From contig JAXLYU010000005.1 in assembly GCA_046351255.1 (NCBI GenBank), positions 1,274,583-1,338,582 of the forward strand: a DNA stretch of 64,000 bases, given 5' to 3'. This DNA is from Labilithrix sp. Its GTDB lineage: Bacteria; Myxococcota_A; Polyangia; Polyangiales; Polyangiaceae. Every line of letters begins with the position of its first letter. The stretch's first letter is position 1. Below the pieces are notes generated by a model. The model had not been told where the DNA came from and searched no databases. It worked only from the letters and a program-made list of their open reading frames with translations. The position numbers and the translations under genes are program-made. Below are positions 48,076 through 57,770 of this stretch, in pieces.

Positions 48076-48777
48076 GTGGGCGGTCGGCGCTGGTCTGTCA
48101 TCGCAACCGCGCTGCTGCTGGCCGGCGCCTGCGGGCTCCCGAGCGCGGACGAGTTCGCGTCGGGATCGCCCGACGGCGGCTCGAGCCTGGGCGACGTGGC
48201 GCGCGCCGATGGCGGCGTCACGAAGGACGCGGAGACGCTCACGCCGAACCCGACCGACGGCGGTACGGACGGGGCGTCGGCGGTCGACTCGTCGACCCCG
48301 ATCGTCAATCTGCTCGCGAAGAACAACGCCGACTTCGAGGCCGGCTGCACCGACTCTGGCGGGTACGAGGCCGTGATCTCCGGCTCGAACGTCGCGCGCT
48401 CCGGGGCGCAGGCGTGCAACGTGTGTCGGGGCCCGAACGCGACGACCGAGATCTGGTCGATCGACAACGGATACGCGGGCGAGCCCGCGGCCGGGCAGGA
48501 GTATCGCTCCACCGTCTGGGTGCGCCGTCCCCCGGGCAGCACCGACGCCCTGTACGTCACGCTCGTTCTGCGGTCGCAGACGAAATCCTACGCGAGGATA
48601 GAGGTGAGCGAGTCCGCGCCGCTGCTCCTCACGGACGAGTGGCAGATGCTCTCTGTCACCTTCACGCTCACGAAGCCCGCGAACAACATGGACACGTACA
48701 CCTACGCGGAGAACGGCGCCGGGCTCACCACCGCCTGCTTCCTGATCGACGACTACGTCGTGTGGCGGACCCGGTGA
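48076..48777 (+). CDS. lipoprotein (hypothetical), paralog family B
   Basis: Lipobox LLLAGAC...LPSADEF; colinear with 51738..52418 (ACNVCRG vs ACQACRK; CFLIDDYVV vs CFVIDEVSV). Confidence 0.75.
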   Translation: MGGRRWSVIATALLLAGACGLPSADEFASGSPDGGSSLGDVARADGGVTKDAETLTPNPTDGGTDGASAVDSSTPIVNLLAKNNADFEAGCTDSGGYEAVISGSNVARSGAQACNVCRGPNATTEIWSIDNGYAGEPAAGQEYRSTVWVRRPPGSTDALYVTLVLRSQTKSYARIEVSESAPLLLTDEWQMLSVTFTLTKPANNMDTYTYAENGAGLTTACFLIDDYVVWRTR

Positions 48778-48797
48778 TCGACGCGGGCTGCGCCCGT

Positions 48798-49658
48798 TCA
48801 GCTCGCCTGGAAGAACATGAAGAGCTTCGTGAGCATGAAGTCGGCGATGAGGATCGCGATCGAGACCGCCACGACCGTGCGCGTGGTCGACAGGCCGACG
48901 CCTTCGGTGCCGCCGCTCGTCCGCAGGCCGAAGTGGCAGCCGACGATCGAGATGATGTAGCCAAAAAATGGGGTCTTGGCGACGCCGACGAGGAAGTCGG
49001 AGATACGCGTGACCTCGAGTGACGACGAGATGAAGAACGTGGGGGTGATGTCGAACTGCCCCCAGCACACGATGATGCCGCCGATGACGCCGAGCGCGAG
49101 CGCGTAGACGCTCAGGATGGGCATCACGAGGATCGCGGCGAGCATGCGCGGGAGGACGAGCTTCTTCGCGGGATCGGCGCCGAGCGCGCGGATCGCGTCG
49201 ACCTGCTCCGTCACGTTCATCGCGCCGACCTCGGCCGCCATGCCGCTCCCGATGCGTCCGCCGACGATGATGGCGGTCAGGGTCGGCGCGAGCTCGCGGC
49301 AGAACGAGAGCACGACGACGCGCGGGATGTACTCGAGGCCGCCGAAGCGACGGAGACCGAACGCGAACTGGATCGTCATGACCATGCCGATGAACACGGA
49401 GGTCACGGTGACGATGCCCATGGAGCGGACGCCGAGCGACTCCATCTGCTGGATGGTGGAGCGGATCTCGAGCGGCCGCCGGAAGATCGATCGCACGGTG
49501 CGCGAGGTGAGGAGGGCGACCTCGCCGAGCTCTTCGATGAACCGGCGCCAGCGCGCGAGATGAAACTCGAAGAACGACGGCTCGGGCGGCGGAGGCGGGA
49601 GCGAGAAGCCTCCCGGTCGAAGCGACTCGCGCCCGCGGTCGGTGGGCGGCGGATTCAC
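48798..49658 (-). CDS. mlaE: MlaE-family ABC transporter permease
   Basis: Typical MlaE N-terminal region (LEIRSTIQQMESLGVRSMGIVT) and five TM helices. GTG start in a GTGA overlap with the upstream lipoprotein stop. Confidence 0.8.
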   Translation of the reverse strand: MNPPPTDRGRESLRPGGFSLPPPPPEPSFFEFHLARWRRFIEELGEVALLTSRTVRSIFRRPLEIRSTIQQMESLGVRSMGIVTVTSVFIGMVMTIQFAFGLRRFGGLEYIPRVVVLSFCRELAPTLTAIIVGGRIGSGMAAEVGAMNVTEQVDAIRALGADPAKKLVLPRMLAAILVMPILSVYALALGVIGGIIVCWGQFDITPTFFISSSLEVTRISDFLVGVAKTPFFGYIISIVGCHFGLRTSGGTEGVGLSTTRTVVAVSIAILIADFMLTKLFMFFQAS

Positions 49659-50174
49659 TTCACGACCCCAGAGCCGGGCAGCGTGCGAAAGCCGCGGACC
49701 CACGCCTCGTACCCGTCCTCGCCGTCGCGCTTCGCGCCCACGCGCGCGAAGTCGTAGGTGCAGCCGTCCTTCGACAGGACGAACACGTCGAGGTTCATCG
49801 GCACGCCGTCCCATTTGGCGACGAGCGTCGTGTGCAGTGCCTCACGCCCGTCGAACGGCTCCGTCTTCTGCTCGCGGATCTCGCGCTCGCTGGCGCCGAT
49901 GAGCAGCTGATTGGTGAGCGCGACGAGCGGCGTGCGCGCGTCGGCGGAGCGGCACCGCGCATTGACGAGGATGGACGCGCCATGCGCGTCGTCCTGGTAT
50001 GCGAGGGAGGCGTCGCGCACGTCGAGGCGAGACCAGCCGTTCGGCACCGCAGGGACGGTGAACGCGACCGGTCCCTGGCGAAAAACCTGGCCGTCGAACG
50101 ACGCAGAAGCGCCTCCGCACGCGAAAAAGGCGATGCAGAGCGCAAATCGAGGGTTAGATTCGTGGCTCCGCATA
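49655..50174 (-). CDS. small lipoprotein, possibly ABC-transport auxiliary component
   Basis: Lipobox AFFAC; 173 aa; translationally coupled to mlaE. Its start codon is back-to-back with the cysS start (CATATG). Confidence 0.6.
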
Positions 50175-51709
50175 TGCCGATCCGTCTCTACAATACGCTC
50201 ACCCAGAAGGTTGAAGACTTCGTCCCGCTCGAACCGGGCAAGGTGAAGCTCTACGTCTGCGGCATCACGGTTTACGACCTCGCTCATGCCGGTCACGGCC
50301 GCACCTATACGACGTTCGACGTCCTGGTGCGGTTTCTCCGGGCTCGCGGCTTCGAGGTCACCCACTGCCAGAACGTCACGGACGTCGATGACAAGATCGT
50401 GAACCGCGCCAAGGAGCGTGGCGAGGAGCCCCTCGCCCTCTCGAAGCGGATGGGCGAGCTCGCCGACGAGCACCTCCGCGCCATCGGCTGCCTCAAGCCC
50501 ACGATGATGCCGCGCGTCTCGACGACCATCGACGGCATCGCCAAGATCACGAAGACGCTCATCGACAAGGAGCACGCCTACGTCTCGGAGACCCCGAACG
50601 GCAAGGACGTCTACTACTCCGTCCGGAGCTTCAAGGACTACGCGAAGCTCTCGCGGCGCAACATCGACGAGATGCGCGCCGGCGCGAGCGAGCGCCTCGC
50701 CGAGAACTCCGGCGAGGTGAAGAAGGATCCGCTCGACTTCGCGCTGTGGAAGTCACAGCCGAAGGACGCGTTCGGCTTCGAGTCGCCGTGGGGACACGGT
50801 CGTCCTGGCTGGCACATCGAGTGCTCGGCCATGGCGAACGAGAACCTCGGCGAGCAGATCGACATCCACGGAGGCGGGATGGATCTCATCTTTCCGCATC
50901 ACGAGAACGAGGTCGCGCAGTCGGAGGCCGCGAACGGCAAGCAGTTCGCGCGCTACTGGATGCACGGAGGCTTTCTCGAGATCGACAAGGAGAAGATGGC
51001 GAAGTCGCTCGGCAACTTCGTCACCATCAAGGACGTCCTCGAGAAGAACGATCCCGAGGCCTACCGTTACTTCATCCTCGGCACGCACTACCGCGGTCCG
51101 CTCTCGTTCGACGTCGACAAGTCCGACGCGAACGGCCGCGTGACGTTTCCCGGCCTCGACGAGGCGGAGCGGCGTGTGGACTACTTGTATTCAGCACGCG
51201 ATGCTCTCGCCGCCCTCGCGGGCGACATCGAGCCAGCGGAGTCGAACGTGCTCCAGGGCCAGCAGACGGTCGTTCTGGAAGCGAAGGAGAAGGTCCTCGA
51301 GGCCCTCGATCGCGACCTCAACACGCCGGTTGCGCTCAGCGTCCTCGCCGACCTCGGCAAGGCGATGAACGAGATCGCGATGCAGGCTCCGAAGATGAAG
51401 AAGGATCCGGCAAAGCACGAAGCGGTGCGGAAGCTCGCGGCCCTGGCGGTGAAATCCCTCCGGGACGCGACCGCTCCGCTGGGCCTGATGCAGGCGACGT
51501 CGGAGGAGTACGCCGCGCGGACGAAGGCGCGAAGGCTCGAGATTCGTGGGCTCGAGGCGTCGCAGATCGACGCGAAGGTCGCGGAGCGAGCGGAGGCTCG
51601 CAAGGCGAAGGACTTCGCGAAGAGCGACGCCATCCGCAAGGAGCTCGCCGAGCTCGGGGTCGAGGTGTTCGACGCCGGTGACACGAGCAGCTGGAAGATC
51701 GGGATCTAG
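50174..51709 (+). CDS. cysS: cysteinyl-tRNA synthetase
   Basis: N-terminus MPIRLYNTLTQKVEDF...YVCGITVYDLAHAGHGRTY (HIGH-type motif) and KMAKSLGN (KMSKS). Zinc-binding Cys and His residues are present. Confidence 0.95.
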   Translation: MPIRLYNTLTQKVEDFVPLEPGKVKLYVCGITVYDLAHAGHGRTYTTFDVLVRFLRARGFEVTHCQNVTDVDDKIVNRAKERGEEPLALSKRMGELADEHLRAIGCLKPTMMPRVSTTIDGIAKITKTLIDKEHAYVSETPNGKDVYYSVRSFKDYAKLSRRNIDEMRAGASERLAENSGEVKKDPLDFALWKSQPKDAFGFESPWGHGRPGWHIECSAMANENLGEQIDIHGGGMDLIFPHHENEVAQSEAANGKQFARYWMHGGFLEIDKEKMAKSLGNFVTIKDVLEKNDPEAYRYFILGTHYRGPLSFDVDKSDANGRVTFPGLDEAERRVDYLYSARDALAALAGDIEPAESNVLQGQQTVVLEAKEKVLEALDRDLNTPVALSVLADLGKAMNEIAMQAPKMKKDPAKHEAVRKLAALAVKSLRDATAPLGLMQATSEEYAARTKARRLEIRGLEASQIDAKVAERAEARKAKDFAKSDAIRKELAELGVEVFDAGDTSSWKIGI

Positions 51710-51737
51710 TTGAATCACCGAGCGCACGCTCGGTGAT

Positions 51738-52418
51738 TCAGTCCCGGGAGACGCTGACTTCGTCGATCACGAAGCAGCGCTGGCCCGCCGTGGCCGGCGT
51801 GGCCGCCCCGACGAAGACGTCGAGCTCCTGTCCCGTCTTCGTGACGGTGAGGGTCGCCTCGAGGAGCTGCCAGGTGTCGGAGAGGGTGACGTGATTCGAC
51901 TCGATCTCCTCGATCGCCTCGAAGGCCGGGTCGTCGTTCGCCACGCGGATCGTGAGCCATGCGTTCTGGTCCTTGAACGAGTCCTGCCCGCGCTTGATGA
52001 AGGCACGTGCGTGGTACGTCTGGCCGGCGACCGGGCCGGGCTTCACGACGAGGTAGTACGGATTCCACGTGTAGAAATCCGTCGCCTCGTTCTTCCGGCA
52101 CGCCTGACACGCGCTTACGCCGGCGTGCGCCTCGTCCGAGTGGCCGCCCTCACCCTGGAAGAAGTTCGCGGGACCGCAGGTGCCGTCCTCGAAGTCGGCC
52201 GCGAAGATGACGCCCGCCTCGGCGGCGCCTCCTTCGGTGGCCGCCTCGGCGCCGGCTTCGGCCCTCGGGCCCAGCCCCGCCTCGTTCGACGGCGAGCCCG
52301 AGCTCGCGGACGATCCAGCGCCGCCGTCCGGCGCGCCGTTCGAGTACTCGTCGGCGCTCGGGAGCTCGCACGCCACGAAGAGCGCGAGCGGAACGGCGAG
52401 GATGGCTCGACGAGACAT
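51738..52418 (-). CDS. lipoprotein (hypothetical), paralog family B
   Basis: Lipobox LALFVAC...LPSADEY; paralogous to 48076..48777. Confidence 0.75.
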   Translation of the reverse strand: MSRRAILAVPLALFVACELPSADEYSNGAPDGGAGSSASSGSPSNEAGLGPRAEAGAEAATEGGAAEAGVIFAADFEDGTCGPANFFQGEGGHSDEAHAGVSACQACRKNEATDFYTWNPYYLVVKPGPVAGQTYHARAFIKRGQDSFKDQNAWLTIRVANDDPAFEAIEEIESNHVTLSDTWQLLEATLTVTKTGQELDVFVGAATPATAGQRCFVIDEVSVSRD

Positions 52419-52460
52419 CGAGCCGGCATTTACCACGTCTCTTCGAGCGCGCGAGCGCGT

Positions 52461-53810
52461 TCAATCCTGAGCGGCGCTCGGACCGTCGGTCGTGGCGGCG
52501 TCGCCGCGGCTGTTCGACGAGGCGCAGCTCTTCCGGCCGCAGGTCTGGAAGCCGAGGTACTTCTCGAACGAGCCCGCGTTCGCGGCGTAGCAGGCGCGGT
52601 TGCACGTCTGCTGCGCGGCGGCGTCGCCGCCCGCGGTGCTGCAGTCGTTGAAGCACTGGCTCAGCGCCGCGCAGCCCTGGTCGCCGAAGCACGCGGACAC
52701 CTCCGCGCAGCACTCCGCCGCGAGGCACGCGACGTAGGGCGAGGCGGGCGTCGGCTCGAGTCCGTTCGCGGACGGCGGACCGGTGAGGATGCTGCACGAG
52801 GTCTGCTCGCTCGCGAGGCCGCAGGCGAGGACGCCGTCGTCACCGACGCCGCAGTGATCGCCGACCTTCGACGCGATGAGGTTGCGCGTGCTGGCGCCGA
52901 ACACGGCGTACATGCCGCCGAGCTTGCAGAGGTTGTTCGACTCCGCCATCGTCGTCGAAGCGACGCCGTGAACGACCCACTTGCCCGCCGCGTCCTTCTT
53001 GAGGAGCGGACCGCCCGAGTCGCCGTGGCAGACCTGCGAGTCGCCGGGCGCGCCGCCCGCGTAGACCTCGTACGAGTCGCTGAGCGGCGTCATGTACTGC
53101 TGGCGAAGCGCCGCCTTCTGCGGCTCCGTGAACGTGTGACCGACGTTCTGCTGGATGAACGCGATGTAGTCATCGGCGGTCGGGAACGCGAGCGGGCCCG
53201 GCGAGCCCTTGACCATGCGCAGCGTGACCTGGCCCTTCTTGCGGGTGCCTTTGTGGCCCGCCGCGTCCTGACGGCCGTAGCCGACGGCGAGGAACGGCGT
53301 GTTCACGTCGGCCTCGCCCGGCGGGAGAGCGGCCACCTGGAGCGGAGTGATCCCCTGGATGGGCTGCTGAAGCGTGTAGAGCGCAACGTCCGAGCCGAGG
53401 CTCGTGTAGCCGCCCTGGTAGAGGAAGGACGGGGTCGCGTCGATCGCCTGCGCGCCGGCCGTCGGGTGCTGGCCATTCTGGCCGATGAGGAAGAGCACGC
53501 GACCGTTCTGCACGTTCGTCGGCGAGCCCTCCTGGCTCGGATTCCGCATCGCGCAGTGCTTCGCAGTGAGGACGACGTTCGGCGCGATGAGCGTGCCGGT
53601 GCAGAGCGACGTCGTACCGTCGTTGCCCTGCGACACGAGCAGGCCGACCGCATCGAACTCGCTGCCGATGGCGTCCGTGCCCTGAATGAGATCCTGGTCG
53701 CCGTCGTGGGTGACGTCGTCACCGCTGCTACAGCCAGCGAGCACCGCGAGCGAGGAGACGACAGCACCAAGACCCAGGGCGACGCGAAGTGTCATGCGAG
53801 GCGCCGGCAT
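52461..53810 (-). CDS. trypsin-like (S1 family) serine protease lipoprotein with Cys-rich C-terminal domain
   Basis: Lipobox LAVLAGC. Catalytic triad context LTAKHC (His), DVAL (Asp), CHGDSGGPL (Ser). C-terminal approx 120 aa are rich in Cys pairs. Confidence 0.85.
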   Translation of the reverse strand: MPAPRMTLRVALGLGAVVSSLAVLAGCSSGDDVTHDGDQDLIQGTDAIGSEFDAVGLLVSQGNDGTTSLCTGTLIAPNVVLTAKHCAMRNPSQEGSPTNVQNGRVLFLIGQNGQHPTAGAQAIDATPSFLYQGGYTSLGSDVALYTLQQPIQGITPLQVAALPPGEADVNTPFLAVGYGRQDAAGHKGTRKKGQVTLRMVKGSPGPLAFPTADDYIAFIQQNVGHTFTEPQKAALRQQYMTPLSDSYEVYAGGAPGDSQVCHGDSGGPLLKKDAAGKWVVHGVASTTMAESNNLCKLGGMYAVFGASTRNLIASKVGDHCGVGDDGVLACGLASEQTSCSILTGPPSANGLEPTPASPYVACLAAECCAEVSACFGDQGCAALSQCFNDCSTAGGDAAAQQTCNRACYAANAGSFEKYLGFQTCGRKSCASSNSRGDAATTDGPSAAQD

Positions 53811-53922
53811 ACTCTCGATTTCGTTGGGCGCAATGACGTGACGGAGTTGAGACGCTGCGTTTTGCAACACCGATTTCAGGGGAGGTCGATACGCGCGCAA
53901 ATGGGCGTGATATGAGCGATTT

Positions 53923-54246
53923 GTGCCTCAATCGCGCGCGAAGATGATCGCCTTGGCGCTCGTCGTGAGCCCGCTGCTCGTCATCGCGGCGCTGACCGCA
54001 GATGCCCGCATGCGACGGGCGCGCGCGCGGGCCGAGCAGCCCGCGATCGACGCGGTCGCGGCGCGCCTTCCGACGAGCGACCTCGCGCTGTCCGGCGGCG
54101 CGCGCTGGCTTCGCTCGCCCTCGCTCGAGGAGCCGAACGCAGCGTTCCAGGATGGCCCCGCGCTCCCCGATCCCGATCCGGCGGGCGGCGCCATGGCCCC
54201 TCCGACCAGCGCGTGGCCGGAGCGGCAGGGGAGGGGCTATCCGTGA
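53923..54246 (+). CDS. small hypothetical protein (possible membrane peptide)
   Basis: Hydrophobic N-terminus. Its stop overlaps the GTG start of the next gene (GTGA). Composition is weakly protein-like. Confidence 0.3.
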   Translation: MPQSRAKMIALALVVSPLLVIAALTADARMRRARARAEQPAIDAVAARLPTSDLALSGGARWLRSPSLEEPNAAFQDGPALPDPDPAGGAMAPPTSAWPERQGRGYP

Positions 54247-55412
54247 AGCTCTCGCTCCTCGCGCACGCGTTCCACGCCGTCGGCCGGCGCAAGGCGCGGT
54301 CGTTCGCGCTCGGCGGCGGCCTCGCGTTCGCGGTCGCGCTCATCGCCGCGGTGCTGTTTCTCACCGAGTCGCTGCGGGCCGAGTCCGAGCGGGCGCGCGC
54401 GGCGCAGCCCGACATCGTCGTGCAGAAGCTCGTCGGCGGACGACCGACGACGATCGCGAAGTCGGAGAGCGACAGGCTCGCGGACATCGCCTCCGTCCGC
54501 AAGGCGACGCCGCGCGTCTGGGGCTATGTCTTCCTTCCCGCGCTGCAGGGCAACGTCACCATCGTCGGCACTGCGAAGGGCGCGCCTGCGCTCTCCATGG
54601 CGAACGGCGTCCTCGAGCACGGCCGTGACATCACGCCCGGCCAGCACGAGATGATCGCGGGCGTCGAGCTCGCGCATTTCCTCGGCATGCTCCCCGGCGA
54701 CGAGCTCGGTCTGCCTTCCGCGGATCCGCGCGCGCACGCGATGAAGCTCGTCGGCACGTTCCGCTCCTCGCTCGATCTCTGGACCGCAGACGTCGTCATC
54801 TGTGACGAAGACGACGCGCGCGCGCTGCTCTCGATCCCGGAGGGCGATGCGACCGACGTCTCCGTGGTGCTCGCCAATCCCGCGGAGGCGCGCGTGGTGG
54901 CGCGCACCATCCTCGAGCGCGTCCCGAACGGCCGCGTCATCGAGCGCGATCTGCTCGAGCGCGTCTATCACCTCGCGTACGGGCGCCGCGCGGGCCTCGT
55001 GCTCGGCGCCGCGATCCCAGCCATCCTCGCGCTCCTCGTGCTCGCGTGGGATCGGGCGAGCGGCATCGGCGCCGACGAGCGTCGCGAGATCGCGATCTTG
55101 AAGGCGGTCGGCTGGTCGACGGCGGACGTGCTGTGGGCCAAGCTCTCCGAGTCGATCCTCGTGGGCGCGGCGGCGACGGCGCTCGGGCTGTTACTGGGCT
55201 ATGGCTGGGTCTATTGGCTCGGCGCGCCTGGCCTGCGTCCGGCGCTCGTCGGCTGGAGCGTTCTGTATCCCCGAACCGCGCTTACACCCGTCGTCGATGT
55301 GGCCGAGCTGCTCGGCGTCGCGACTGCGATCCTCGGCCCGTTCGTGCTTTTGAGTGTGGTTCCTGCGTGGAAGGCAGCGACCGCGGACCCGCTCGAATCG
55401 ATGCGCACGTAG
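54243..55412 (+). CDS. FtsX-like ABC transporter permease (MacB/LolE-type)
   Basis: N-terminal TM, a large periplasmic domain, then the FtsX 3-TM C-terminal bundle (AILKAVGWSTADVLW...). No ATPase gene is adjacent. Confidence 0.7.
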   Translation: MKLSLLAHAFHAVGRRKARSFALGGGLAFAVALIAAVLFLTESLRAESERARAAQPDIVVQKLVGGRPTTIAKSESDRLADIASVRKATPRVWGYVFLPALQGNVTIVGTAKGAPALSMANGVLEHGRDITPGQHEMIAGVELAHFLGMLPGDELGLPSADPRAHAMKLVGTFRSSLDLWTADVVICDEDDARALLSIPEGDATDVSVVLANPAEARVVARTILERVPNGRVIERDLLERVYHLAYGRRAGLVLGAAIPAILALLVLAWDRASGIGADERREIAILKAVGWSTADVLWAKLSESILVGAAATALGLLLGYGWVYWLGAPGLRPALVGWSVLYPRTALTPVVDVAELLGVATAILGPFVLLSVVPAWKAATADPLESMRT

Positions 55413-55438
55413 GAGCGGCGTTCGCCTATCATCGAAGC

Positions 55439-55882
55439 GTGACGGGCTCCGACGCACGCGTGTTCACGCTGGAAGAGGTCAACGACCTCGTTCCCAAGCT
55501 CGCGCCCGTCGTGAAGCGCCAGCTCGAGCGCCGCTCGGCGATCGAGTCGCTCTTGATCAAGCTCGGTCGCGAGCTCGGTGACGTGCCCGAGCGCATCGTG
55601 CTCGACCCCGCCGACCCTCACGACGTCCGCGAGATGAAGCGCGATCTCGTGAAGCGCATCGAGGAGTATCGCGCGGGCTGGCGCGCGGTGGAGGAGATGG
55701 GCGCCGTGCTCAAGGACGCGCGCCTCGGCCTGGTCGATTTCTACGGCAACGTCGACGGCAAGCTCGTCTGGCTCTGCTGGAAGTACGGCGAAGACGCGGT
55801 GAACCACTACCACGCGCTCGAGGAAGGCTTCTCGTGCCGGAAGCCGATCGCCGAGAGCATGCGGCATCGTCTGCTCAACTGA
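55439..55882 (+). CDS. DUF2203-like small protein
   Basis: VFTLEEVNDLVPKL...DGKLVWLCWKYGEDAVNHYHALEEGFSCRKPI resembles the DUF2203 family. GTG start; the upstream in-frame ORF segment is junk-like. Confidence 0.55.
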   Translation: MTGSDARVFTLEEVNDLVPKLAPVVKRQLERRSAIESLLIKLGRELGDVPERIVLDPADPHDVREMKRDLVKRIEEYRAGWRAVEEMGAVLKDARLGLVDFYGNVDGKLVWLCWKYGEDAVNHYHALEEGFSCRKPIAESMRHRLLN

Positions 55883-56412
55883 TGGCCTCGGATCGCCGGG
55901 CGGCGGCTGCCGCGATCGACGCATTTCTCCGCGCGCTCGGGCTCGACTCGGCGGACACCGCGGGCACGGGCGAGCGCGTGGCGCAGATGTTCGCCGAGGA
56001 TCTCTGCGCGGGGCAGCTCGTCGACACCCGCCAGCTCGTCGTCGAGTCGACGCTCACGGTGAACAAGTCGTCGATCGTCGCGGTGCGAGACATCGCCGTC
56101 ACCACGACGTGCCCGCATCATCTCCTGCCCGCGATCGGCCGCGCGACCGTGGCGTTCAAGGCCACGAACAAGGTCATCGGCCTCGGCACGGTGGCGGCCC
56201 TCGTCGACGCTCATGCGCGTCGTCTCGCGCTGCAGGAGAACATCGGCGAAGCCATCGTCGACGACCTCGTCGCCGTGCTCGCGCCGGAGTGGGTCGGCTG
56301 CCGCCTCGTCCTCACGCATGGCTGCATGATCGCGCGAGGCGAGCGCGCGCACGGGACCTCCGTGGAGACGCTCGCCAGCCGCGGCAGCTTCGACACGAGC
56401 TTCCTGCGATGA
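55882..56412 (+). CDS. folE: GTP cyclohydrolase I
   Basis: VRDIAVTTTCPHHLLPAIGRATVAF...KVIGLGTVAALVDAHARRLALQE matches the FolE core including the CxHH zinc motif. Confidence 0.9.
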   Translation: MASDRRAAAAAIDAFLRALGLDSADTAGTGERVAQMFAEDLCAGQLVDTRQLVVESTLTVNKSSIVAVRDIAVTTTCPHHLLPAIGRATVAFKATNKVIGLGTVAALVDAHARRLALQENIGEAIVDDLVAVLAPEWVGCRLVLTHGCMIARGERAHGTSVETLASRGSFDTSFLR

Positions 56413-57089
56413 TCGCGGTCGTGACCGGGGCCGGACGCGGGATCGGCCGCGCCATCGCCGTCGAGCTCGCCGACCGTGGGATGGATGTGGCCTGCCTCGG
56501 GCGCGACGGCGCTGCGCTGGCGAGCGTGGCGGCAGACGTCGAGAGGCGCGGGCGCCGCGCGCTGATGGCGGTGTGCGACGTGGCCCGCTCCAACGAGGTC
56601 GCCGCCGCGACCAAACACGTTCTAAACGAGCTGGGGGTCCCGGCGGTCGTGATTCCCAACGCGGGCGTCGTCCACCGGCGTACGATCCTCGAGACCACCG
56701 AAGAGCAGTGGGACGAGCAACTCGACGTGAATCTGAAGGGCACGTTTTTGTTCATAAAAGCGTTTCTCCCCAGCATGCTGGCCCAGAAGTCCGGCCGCTT
56801 CGTGGCGATCGGTAGCATCTCGGGCACGATGGGGACCCCGCGCCTGGCGCCGTACTGCGCGTCGAAGTGGGGCACGGTAGGCCTGGTCAAGAGCCTGGCC
56901 GAGGAGCTCCGCGGAACGGGCCTTCAAGCAATGTGCGTGATGCCCGGCTCCGTGGACACGGATATGCTCAAAGGAAGCGGCTTCCCCCCCGCGATGCAAC
57001 CCGAGCATGTGGCGCGCATCGTGGCTTGGCTCTCGCTCGAAGCACCGAGCGCCATGAACGGAAGCTGCGTCGACGCCTTCGGACCTTGA
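56409..57089 (+). CDS. short-chain dehydrogenase/reductase (possible sepiapterin/pteridine reductase)
   Basis: TGAGRGIG Rossmann motif, NAG, and the Y...K catalytic pair (YCASK). ATGA-coupled to folE. Confidence 0.85.
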   Translation: MIAVVTGAGRGIGRAIAVELADRGMDVACLGRDGAALASVAADVERRGRRALMAVCDVARSNEVAAATKHVLNELGVPAVVIPNAGVVHRRTILETTEEQWDEQLDVNLKGTFLFIKAFLPSMLAQKSGRFVAIGSISGTMGTPRLAPYCASKWGTVGLVKSLAEELRGTGLQAMCVMPGSVDTDMLKGSGFPPAMQPEHVARIVAWLSLEAPSAMNGSCVDAFGP

Positions 57090-57099
57090 AGCCAATCCC

Positions 57100-57756
57100 A
57101 TGCTGCACGCCCAGACCGAAATCGACGACAAGGTTTTGGAGGAAGTCGCGGTCTTCCCGCTTCCGCAGGTTGTCCTCTTTCCACACGCGCAGCTTCCGCT
57201 TCACATCTTCGAGCCGCGCTACCGGACGATGCTCGAGGACTGCCTCGCTTCGAACGGCGCGATCGTCATCGCCCAGCTCGACCGCAAGGGGGGCGGGCGC
57301 ATCAACGAGTACGCCGGCGCGGGCGTGATCACGGAGCACACGAAGCTCCCGGACGGTCGCTCGAACATCATCGTCTCCGGGCGCGCCCGCGTGCGGCTCG
57401 AGGAGCTCGTGTTCGAGGATCCGCCGCGTTACCCGTACAAGCGGGCGCGCGCGACGCTCGTCACGGAGCGCTCCGTGCGCATCCAGGATCACGAGCGCGC
57501 GGCGCTGCTCGCGGCGGCGGCGATGTTCGCGAACGAGGTGAAGAAGCACGATCCTTCGTTCACCTTCAAGGTGCCGAAGGGCGTCGACGGCGGCGGCATG
57601 GCCGACGCGTGCGCGTTCCAGCTCGTGGTCGACCCCGCGATTCGCCAGGCGATCCTCGAGCAGCTCGATCCGCTGAAGCGCCTCCGCATGGTGACGAACC
57701 AGCTCGCGGTCCAGCATGGCGCTATGCTGGGGGAGACGGGACCCGTTCTGAATTGA
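57100..57756 (+). CDS. Lon N-terminal (LON substrate-binding) domain protein
   Basis: VFPLPQVVLFPHAQLPLHIFEPRYRTM is the canonical start of the LON N-domain. No AAA+ or protease domain is present. Confidence 0.8.
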   Translation: MLHAQTEIDDKVLEEVAVFPLPQVVLFPHAQLPLHIFEPRYRTMLEDCLASNGAIVIAQLDRKGGGRINEYAGAGVITEHTKLPDGRSNIIVSGRARVRLEELVFEDPPRYPYKRARATLVTERSVRIQDHERAALLAAAAMFANEVKKHDPSFTFKVPKGVDGGGMADACAFQLVVDPAIRQAILEQLDPLKRLRMVTNQLAVQHGAMLGETGPVLN

Positions 57757-57770
57757 AGCAAGTCGGTCGA

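Noticed and set aside
46297-49068. 923-aa minus-strand ORF and 628-aa plus-strand ORF 47136..49022 covering dnaA
   Set aside because: Antisense or out-of-frame relative to an unambiguous dnaA. The translations are R-rich.
51891-53915. 674-aa plus-strand ORF antisense to the lipoprotein and serine-protease genes
   Set aside because: R/A-rich shadow frame. The opposite strand has a trypsin catalytic triad.
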